From assembly GCA_910592345.1 (NCBI GenBank), contig CAJVPI010000025.1, positions 58,325 through 78,324 of the forward strand: a stretch of 20,000 bases of DNA, in the 5' to 3' direction. The notes beneath the pieces were generated by a model that made no database searches, was not told the DNA's origin, and saw only the letters and a list, made by a program, of their open reading frames with translations. This DNA is from Paraglomus brasilianum. Its lineage: Eukaryota. The translations under genes and the position numbers were made by a program. Below, piece by piece: positions 1 to 8,778 of the stretch. Every line of letters starts with the position of its first letter. The stretch's first letter is position 1.

Positions 1-1587
1 TCCACTTCCATCATTGAAGAATCTCTGTTAATCCTTTATCCAATAAAGACAAGTCTTTGATTTGACTGAAGATGAGGATGACAATAATATAGAGCCTGAT
101 GTTTGGTAATGGATGGGAGAGCAACAAATGAATCAGGACGTCTCCTTAGGAGGTGGCAGCTGGAGACTTTATGCAAACGGTACACTGTTTCTTGAATACG
201 GAAAAACGTTGTAAACGACAACAATAAACACAATACTATTACTATACGATGTTTATTACATATACATGTATCTTACCTGCATATGTTGCTCTCGACGCCG
301 AACAACGTTTCAGAAATCTTTATACAGTCCAGAGTTAAAACAGTTTTTCGCATGACAATGGTAGGGTTATATATTTTTATTATTATGGAAAAATATCAAT
401 AGGCGAATTGCTGAACGTACTAGAAGAACAACAGCGACCATTGGAGTACAGCGTAAAATATTAAAGACATTTGACATTACCCAAAGAAATTTGAATACTG
501 AAGAATATCTCACCCAGCATTCATTCATAATAAGTGTGAATCAGCTAATTTTGGCTTAAAACTCTATGATGGAGTTAAAACGGATTAAGAGTAAGTCAAT
601 AAAATCCAATGACGATGAGCAATGATCGAAAAATACGATCAAACCAGATGCTTCCAAGTCGAAGGCTTCAAGAAGTTTACAAAAGTCATGTAAAACGACG
701 TGCAAGTGAGATTAAACCGAAAAAAAAAGGTAAAATATGCCAAGCGCTGCGTGCTATCCAGAATGTTAAGTAAAAGTTATTTTACTCCAAGCTGTTAAAG
801 TGAGTGTTGTTGGCTGCGGAAGGCGATTATATCTCTCGGTTACGTTAATGTCACACTTCGGACGTCATGCACAGAAATTTTTCCAAATAAAAAAACACCA
901 AGCTGGTTACCAGTCTCATCACTGCCTATTACTATTCGACTAAGACGGAGTACTTGGACCGGTTTCCTCTTTGGCAGTAGGTTTGCGGAACACTGCCCCG
1001 GTGTATACTTGCTTCAGGAGTTCAGGGATTGCCTGAAACATGTAGTGATACAATAAATTTCCATTAGCTAATCTGACAAAGGTGCATGGCTGCTTGCATA
1101 GTAAATGATGTATATTGTACACAACTTTATTATTACAGTGGAGTGAAATACTTAATATTAAGCTCAGGTCCAAACCAAATCCTGCGTCTAGAGAGGGAAA
1201 ATATAATACCTGTCACTGTATTTATGCCGTTAATATCTTCTCCCCCTCGAGCAATTTACAATACCGCCGCTACTCTTATTAAGATATTTTTCTCTAACTA
1301 ATACACGTATTTACTTCATGTATTATGTGGGATGCGATCAACGAATCAGCAAATAAAATTTAATATAAAGGGACTCATCTTACAATGGTTTAATGACAAT
1401 TACCATTTTTATATGAACAATAGTTTGATACTTACGTAACAGTATTACGTGTCTTTGAAATTTGTGCTGTACATCTCCTGTCCTCGTTAGCCCTTAAAGT
1501 ATCTCACAAAAAAAGTGAAAACCACGGCAAACCAACAGAAACCAATAATATATGCGTGTGGTGAAAGCTCTTTTTCCGTTGGTACAA

Positions 1588-1875
1588 TCCATTTGGAATT
1601 GACATATGTTGTATGGGGAGGTAATCATTTCATCGACAATCATTTCATTCACCAACATTATTTCGAAGTTATCCTTTTTTGATAGTTAATTGTCGGTGAA
1701 ATGTACTGTCGGTGAAATGATTGTCGATGAAATAATACGGACCCGTTGTATGTCAGATCAGAATTTATGTCCATTTGAAATTGACATATGTCAGTTCGGA
1801 GTAGACACATATGTCAGGTCAGAATTTATATCCGTTCGGAATGGACATATATGTCAGATCGAAATAATATAGGGA
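1588..1875. repeat. Degenerate tandem array of 17-23 bp units, probably the subterminal region of an older DNA transposon, interrupted by the 1616-1744 MITE
   Basis: Units tccatttggaattgacatatg, tcagatcagaatttatg, tccatttgaaattgacatatg, tcagttcggagtagacacatatg, tcaggtcagaatttata, tccgttcggaatggacatatatg; the array ends in gaaataatataggg. Confidence 0.7.
1616..1744. mobile_element. 129-bp MITE with GGG...CCC termini and 8-bp target-site duplication
   Basis: Left end gggaggtaatcatttcatcgacaatcatttca; reverse complement of right end gggtccgtattatttcatcgacaatcatttca. Exact direct repeat GTTGTATG at 1608-1615 and 1745-1752. Internal catttca(c/t)cgaca subterminal repeats. Confidence 0.85.
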
Positions 1876-4800
1876 ATTAAAATAAGATAATATACTTTGA
1901 CATTAATAATATTCACTCTGCTGCTATATAACTAATTAATGTTCCCCCCTATTAACTGTTCGATGTTTAATTTAATGAAAACAATCAATAGTTATACTTG
2001 ATCATCGTGGAATGAGATCATGTAACCAGATATTTTTCGAATTCTGTATGCACAAGTACGTTTACATAACGGCTTAGTATACATGGTTAATAAGGAGGTG
2101 GCGGAGAGCGGGCTATGCAATTGGTTGTACTTTGGAGAAACTATTTAATACATTATCGTTCAAAGCTACACTGCGGTATTTATGCTATATGTACGTATGA
2201 AAATATGTGTAAATAGATTTCGTCATTTTATCAAACTATACATTCGTTACATTATTTTTTTTTTGAAAAAAAAAAAAATAAAAAAATAACCAATTGGCTT
2301 CAAAAAGGTACAAAAATTATTGTAACTTACACGGGCGTCACCGATTTTCGTATGTAGTCTGACAATCCACTAATATAACTTTCAGGGGTCTGTAGATCCA
2401 CATAAGAATAATAATATATTAACACGGCTACTGCAAATATTTCGTTAATATTAACTGTTTTAATAACCAGGAATTTATCCGACATGTTCAAGTTACTATT
2501 ACACGTCGATCATCATCAATGTTACCGTAGACGTAGTCATTAAATAATTATTAATTTATTACCCGACATGTTATTCACTTCAAAAAGATGTTAGTAGGAT
2601 TATTTCCCAAATGACTTCTTACCCCGTTAATTAATTATACGATGCGAATTAAACGCAACACTATTACTATAGTTATTTATATTATCCCGATATGTATATA
2701 AACAGCAGTTGACTCCCGGCGATTCACACGTCCGTAATGTCCAAAAAATCCAATGTCAGTAGATATTAGTCACGAGCATGGCATGCTAGTAGACACGTCT
2801 TCAGGTATTTAATCAAATATAGAATAAAGAGGAAAAACGCAAATAGGATCTGTCTTCTCTTATCATTTGCAATCGACTTATTAGTGGTAATCTCTGGCCG
2901 GATAATAAACTCGAGTAACAGCAAACTATTACTATAGTGAGCAAGCTCATAACGGATATCTCTTTTGCGCAATAACCATTGTGAATATAGTATTTCCATC
3001 GCCAATTATGAAGTCCTGTTGGAGAGAGATTTGGCCTGGATATGTAGAAAGCGAAACGTCAAATAAATAAACTGTAGAATTAAGGTTTGTTATCCAAGTA
3101 ATATTTGCAATTTTACTACAAGAGTAAGAGCAGTTTACGTTACCTTTTTAAAAAACTAGATGCTTTGTTTTAAAAATTACTCTAAACTGCATTTAATAAT
3201 TACATTATTCTGTAGCAAAAAATTTTTATGTTTGGATATAATTTTAAATAGTTTGTTTTTATTAGCATCTTAAACTTCACGAATAATATACCGTAGACCA
3301 CTGAATGCAATACCCCCCAAAATATCCTCCTTCCAAAATACAATCGGTCTATACAATACGTTTTGTTACTATTAATAAATAAAAATGTGCTCACAAGCGC
3401 GACAATAAACCGTTTTGAGTTGTATTATGGCAAAATATAATGAGTGAGAAATTGCTTGACGTTTTAACTACATTCTCAGTGGCTCTTTTAATGTGCTTGT
3501 TTCCCTCTCGCACAGTATCCTTTACTTCACATAGTACCCCCCGGGTACATATTAACCAATCAAGGCGTTTTAGGTACAGTATGTACTCAGGATATGTATT
3601 CAGTGGCTTACGGTAGCAATATGGAAATCTATAAATAAATTGGTAATAGTTGCCACTTTATTGCTTCGCTTTCTCAAGGCTTCCATGCACTATTACATAC
3701 TTTAATATTTCGCCAATAATTTTTAAACTTAACTACAATCTGATGTAAGAGTCCAGTCATTAACAAATATAATTGTTCAGGGCATGTGAAAAAACTTACT
3801 TTGAGTGCTACCCGCTTCCGACAATCTTGATAGAATCTTTGTCTAATTGAGCTAACTAAATATATTAGCGTTAGTTCCTAACATAAAATTCTTTCCACAA
3901 GAGTTAGACAAACTTAATGAATAAAGAACAATCAACCTTCTTGTATGCAATAAAAGCATGGTTAATTATTTGTGTCTTTATTAGACGCAACTAAGGTGGA
4001 CAGTCTCAGTTTTACAAATACCTTCCAACAACGTTATTATCGACGCTTACATAACGACTGACGATTGGTATTGCCGTTTCCGGTATGAGAAATAGTTTGT
4101 ATGAACCATCTAAAATCGGGAAGCACCACAAGGGCGTAAAAAAGAACAATTGTACAGGACAATAGTTATATTTAACTTTATAGAAGGCTAGTGAACGACG
4201 CAGCACTTTGAATTAAAAGCGCCATGCGCGTAATGTAATACTAGCATATAATAATACTGACTCTGATATAAATAGTTGAATTAAACAATCTATTGCCTAC
4301 TATAGCCATTCAAGTTTACACTGGTTCTTTTAGGTGAGCGACTGATATAATGTACACTCGTATTCTGCTAAAAGCAGTCAGTGTGCATGTATGTGTGGTT
4401 TCAGACTAAACTTATTTAGCAACTCGTTTGTTTGTGGATTTATACAAGTATGTATTAATAAATAACGCCTATTTCTTCCCGTATATTCAGCAACAATAAT
4501 GCAAATAAATGAGATGCAAATGTATATAAGAACCTTCTGAACTATGGAAAAAACGTTCGTGTTATGAACTTACGTTACAAAAATATGATGGCTGACAAAC
4601 CGATAAAACAATAAAAGCAAGTAAAGTAAACTTAAATTGTAATATAATATTAAAATTTAACATACAATTTTCCTTGGATTACAACCACATTGGATTAATA
4701 CATATTATATTTCACAGTCAAAAAGCTTATACGTTTTACAACAAGTTTATTCCGTCGCTATTTTTTTTTACAACCGTACAACGCCCTTCGGAAGAAACTC

Positions 4801-4913
4801 TTATCTTGTTGGTCGAACCAGGGCATTTAATAGAGTGTCTGTAATACCTCCAAACTTACAGAAAACCATTATTACTGATCGCAACAGCAGTCTTAATTGT
4901 TGTCATTAAAAGT

Positions 4914-5456
4914 ATGGGTAGAGCGTGGTCGTCAAAGGTATACTTTTTAACAATAATAAGTTGTATTCGACTACACTGGTATGTACTCATTAACGTCTAA
5001 TTTTTTATCCGTACACAGGAAGATAAAATCCTTGTTGGATTTGGCAACGGGAAAAATGGAAGAAGAATGAGAGCAACCTATTTAAATCATAAAACTGCAA
5101 AACAATGTGCTGATAGATGGAAAGACATTCGGGGATGTATGTGCTTTTAATTATTTTTGGTTTCAGTTAGGAGTTGGGTGGCTTGGTCTTACGCGCGTGT
5201 TGTTCAGCCCGTAACTTTCTAACATAACTTGCATACGCTATATATTCCAACAGATATCGACAGACCATTTACTCCGTTCGAGTGTAATATAATTCGACGT
5301 TTGTACCAGACATATGGCCCGCGATGGAGAAGAATGTCCGCAGTCCTCCACCGCTCTCCTGAAATGATAATGGAGTGCTGGCTTTCTTTAAAAGCTATGG
5401 ATGACAAGACTGAGAGAATACACAAACAAATGTCTATCCAGCGACTTCTTTCTTGA
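4914..5456 (+). CDS. Small two-repeat Myb/SANT DNA-binding protein, 3 exons, ~115 aa
   Basis: Exons 4914-4937, 5019-5136, 5254-5456 with GT/CAG sites, CTAAT/CTAAC branch points and matching phases. Translation: MGRAWSSK|EDKILVGFGNGKNGRRMRATYLNHKTAKQCADRWKDIRG|YIDRPFTPFECNIIRRLYQTYGPRWRRMSAVLHRSPEMIMECW...MSIQRLLS*. WxxxED, KTAKQCxxRW, FTxxE and YGPRW are Myb repeat signatures. Confidence 0.82.
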
Positions 5457-6935
5457 AACCTGCACCTGCCTTAAATTAATTCATGAGGGCTATTAAGGCA
5501 TATTAATATACACGAAAATTTTTTGAAATTTATCTTTTTTTTCTCCTTTTTCTTTTTTCTTCCTGCTTTTTGGATCGGCCATATTCTAGCAGAGACCCGT
5601 TATCAGATAAAAGACATCAATTATGTATATTGATTACGATAGCATTAATGAAAATTATGTACAGTATATTACATAACTAAAGATTATGCCGGCCCTCTAT
5701 ACGGACTGATTCATATGAAGATCTATACCGGAAAAATTACACAATGCGACTAACTTACGATGTGAATTCATTCTCATTCTCTGTCACTTTCATCGAATTT
5801 GTCTCTTACTTATTTTATACATGCCAATAGAAAGACAAAAAGGTATAAATCGAGCTGGAGCAGAATCTATTAACATCTTTGCAAAACGAGAAATAGGTAA
5901 CATTAAATGTGAATCTCCGTTATTTAACGCCAGCAGACCTTGCAACACTGTTTAAAATGTGGAACTGCTGTATAGTTTGGCCCTTGATATTGAGGATTCT
6001 TTGCATTATTTGATTTATGAAGCTTGATTCCAAGCACATAGTACATAAACCTGTTTACATCTGTGAACGGCGAAATAATCACATGATTTTCTGTGTCCTA
6101 CAAATTTAGATACTATGTCGATCATTTCGCTACAACGAATTATTTTATTGGATTATTAATACTGCGGCAGTTAAAAATTAGCGACTTCTGTTCACAGCTG
6201 AAGCAGCGGTGTTGATGCAAAAAGTTCCATGCTCGAAGAATTCATATCATAAAAGTGAGTTTCTAACTCTTGTTCTGAAATAAATATCTAATTACCGATG
6301 AATAAAGTCCAACCGTCCCCAATAGTAAATAAACATGATTTACCCTGCATAACGTCCCTGAAAATCGATGATCGACATCGAGACTTTTGTCATAAAACTT
6401 TGTTAGCCTATTGCAGGCGATCCATTATTGAAAGTGATTCGTTCGAACAAAAGTGAGTGAAGAAGAATATATGTTATACATATCGTTCGCTGGCTGGGAA
6501 CAGATGTTACCCACTAAGAAGAATCATACTTGAGATAACGAACGTTTGCTTACGTTTAATAAAACAAGATGTTGCGTTTTATTTGTATCAAAACAGAGCG
6601 AGTCTTTCCGTCGGCTCGTAATAGTAAGTAGTGGGTTTACTATGCGTTTTTTCGTGCCAAACATTTAATAACTTTCTTAACCAACATGAAGAAGGTTAAT
6701 ACCGATGCGATGGTGTTAAGTAAAAAGAGTTAATGTTTATAGTGCGTATAGAAATGCATATTATTGTCTAATGCATACACATACGGTTGGATACAACAAA
6801 ACGATTCATAATCCGCCCACTTAACATATCGAAGAATCAATCTCCACATACATTGTCATCCTCACCAACCTCTGAGTATGGACAACGTTTCAGGACATTC
6901 GACTGTTAACTTTCCTCATCAACCGTAGAGAGCGT

Positions 6936-6996
6936 TCAGTCCAGAACTCAGTCATCTCAGTTCAGAACTGAGCAGGTCCTAAACTGAGGTACAACA
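6936..6996 (+). mobile_element. Partial (right-end) copy of the TGT...ACA element at 12278-12396
   Basis: tcagtccagaactcagtcatctcagttcagaactgagcaggtcctaaactgaggtacaaca aligns with the internal repeats and right TIR of 12278-12396, with a few substitutions and a small deletion. Confidence 0.8.
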
Positions 6997-7220
6997 CCGT
7001 CCATATGATTTATGCAGATCTCAATCCTCTTCGTATTCTCAAGTTCTCCCTCACACAACATCAACTCAGCAATACACTATCTGCAATCCGTAGCTCTGCT
7101 CATGCTCTGGAATGCCTTTACCACAAGGGCCTCCCCCATTCTGACATCATTAATTTACTTCTAGGATGTCTCCTCTCTGGATAGAATACAATTACTCACT
7201 AACATATCTAGAAATAGATA

Positions 7221-7377
7221 CAGTCAAAACTGGATATAACGATACCTGTATATAACTATAACTGGATTTAACGATAAAATTTGTCATTACCAAAACATTC
7301 TTATTTAATTTCACCTGGTCGTACCGATTTTTACTATTAAAACCTCGTTATTACGTATAACGATACATTATACGATG
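7221..7377 (+). mobile_element. Left end of a Tc1/mariner-pogo-type element (TA|CAGTC terminus); right end not found
   Basis: TA+CAGTCAAAACTGGATATAACGATAC followed by repeated (c)tggat(a/t)taacgata / tataacgatac subterminal motifs, typical of pogo/Tigger MITE ends. Confidence 0.6.
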
Positions 7378-7379
7378 TA

Positions 7380-8204
7380 CAGTCAACTCTGTCTATACCA
7401 TTGTCTATACCGGTTTTGCCTTTATACGGGTCCAATTTCGCTGAACCAAAAAATTCCATATTAATCTCACACCTTATAACGGCAAATCTTAATAACTCTG
7501 TTTATACCAGCTCCGGCACAAGTTACACAAATCATGTAGACCATTTTACTTTAAATTATATAAAAAGATTTACTTTATACCGGCGAAGTCGATTATTTGT
7601 ATATAATTGTCACGGCTGATGCTGAAACCATGACCTTTCATTGGTTGATCAGATTTTATTCACTAACCCCATTGGTTAATTTCAGCTTCAGCCAGATTTC
7701 AGCATCAGCTTCACATAAATTACTAATAAATGCAGCCAACCTTTAATCATTACCATGTCACGCAAGAAAATCTCTGCCAAAAATTTTAATACCGAATGGA
7801 GACACCTAAATGCATTAGAACTTCATTAACAGGGTTGCAGGAAAAAAAATTTTGTCAAATTAAACTAAAAAATCCTTCTTTTGCTAATGTAGAATTGTTT
7901 TGTTGCGGTACTTATACTAGCACCGTTGGTGATGTTATCCGTGAAAGCGGAAAGTGGCTTACAATAATCATGCTGCTCAACCTCGCAAGAAGCGACAACC
8001 AAAATGGCCTGCACTTGAACAAGCGATGACTGCGTGATATAGAAAAAAGAAAGATAAATCATGAAACAAACTCAAGATAAAAATAATAATAATTAATTAT
8101 TGGTTACACAATTTCCTACTTGTGTAACAGTTTTATATACCGGTTTCTCGTTATAACGGTCAGAAACTGTCAAAACACTCGTGCCGGTATAGACAAAGTT
8201 AGAC
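7380..8204 (+). mobile_element. Internally deleted pogo/Tigger-like DNA transposon
   Basis: TA+CAGTCAACTCTGTCTATACC left TIR; degenerate right TIR ccggtatagacaaagttagac (8184-8204); tatacc(gg)/tataacgg subterminal motifs at both ends; contains a transposase N-terminal relic. Confidence 0.75.
7755..8029 (+). pseudogene. Truncated, frameshifted pogo/Tigger (CENP-B-like HTH) transposase N-terminus
   Basis: ATG at 7755 (MSRKKISAK), then in another frame KCIRTSLTGLQEKKFCQIKLKNPSFANVEL...TSTVGDVIRESGKWL. This resembles the CENP-B/Tigger first HTH (…RSTVSDILK…KWL). No DDE domain is visible. Confidence 0.7.
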
Positions 8205-8209
8205 AACTA

Positions 8210-8540
8210 CCCAGCAAAAAAGTAGCGCAAAGCCAATGAACGATTGTGTCATATGCAGATCTTTTGTAGATCTTTTGTGTTGCGTACAGATGATTTCCCA
8301 ATATATATTTACACCTTCTTGAACTTGACTTAGTACTAAGTAATTTCCTGAATAAAATCGACTAAGTCAAGTTCAGGAAGGTGTAAATATATATTGGGAA
8401 ATCATCTGCAGATAAATCTAAATTAAGCTAGTTAAATCTAATTAGGAAATCTGTACGCAACACAAAAGATCTACAAACGATCTGCATATGACACAATCGT
8501 TCATTGGCTATGCGCTACTTTTTTGCTGAGGCAGCTGGGG
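8210..8540. mobile_element. Fold-back (almost entirely palindromic) MITE, CCCAGCAAAAAAG terminus, possibly CMC/EnSpm-type
   Basis: 8212-8291 pairs with 8449-8528 (2 mismatches); 8287-8334 pairs with 8361-8408 (1 mismatch). 26-nt loop at 8335-8360; ~40-nt extra segment in the right arm (8409-8448). Outer aactaccc / gggtagtt also pair; TA flanks both sides. Confidence 0.85.
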
Positions 8541-8778
8541 TAGTTTCCCACTTACAGTAACAAAGCACAACTTTATCGTTTCCTGTTACCAGGAAAGCTT
8601 ATTTCACATGTAAGTACCATTGTAAGATTTACAAGTGGCAGAATCCCATTCGTGGAGGAAAACTATAGTCACAGTGTTGTTTTGGGGTATAGAAGGGTCC
8701 CTCCCAGCAGTTCTAACGCCTTTTTTTTTCCCCTCGTTCAATTCACAATTCCCAAATAGCTCGTCTATCTCTGCAAGT

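Noticed and set aside
2255..2288. T10-G-A13 hairpin as a terminator or retro-element tail
   Set aside because: Simple homopolymer runs in AT-rich DNA, with no associated element or TSD.
2470..2700. Three dispersed tta(t/c)ccga(c/t)atgt motifs
   Set aside because: Short, irregularly spaced, no termini; not interpretable.
940..4206. Short ORFs of 60-79 aa (940-1301, 2766-3005, 3200-3394, 4012-4206)
   Set aside because: No recognisable motifs or consistent splice model; probably chance ORFs or old relics.
6165..6260. LKISDFC, resembling kinase subdomain VII
   Set aside because: Too short, DFG not intact, and surrounded by stops.
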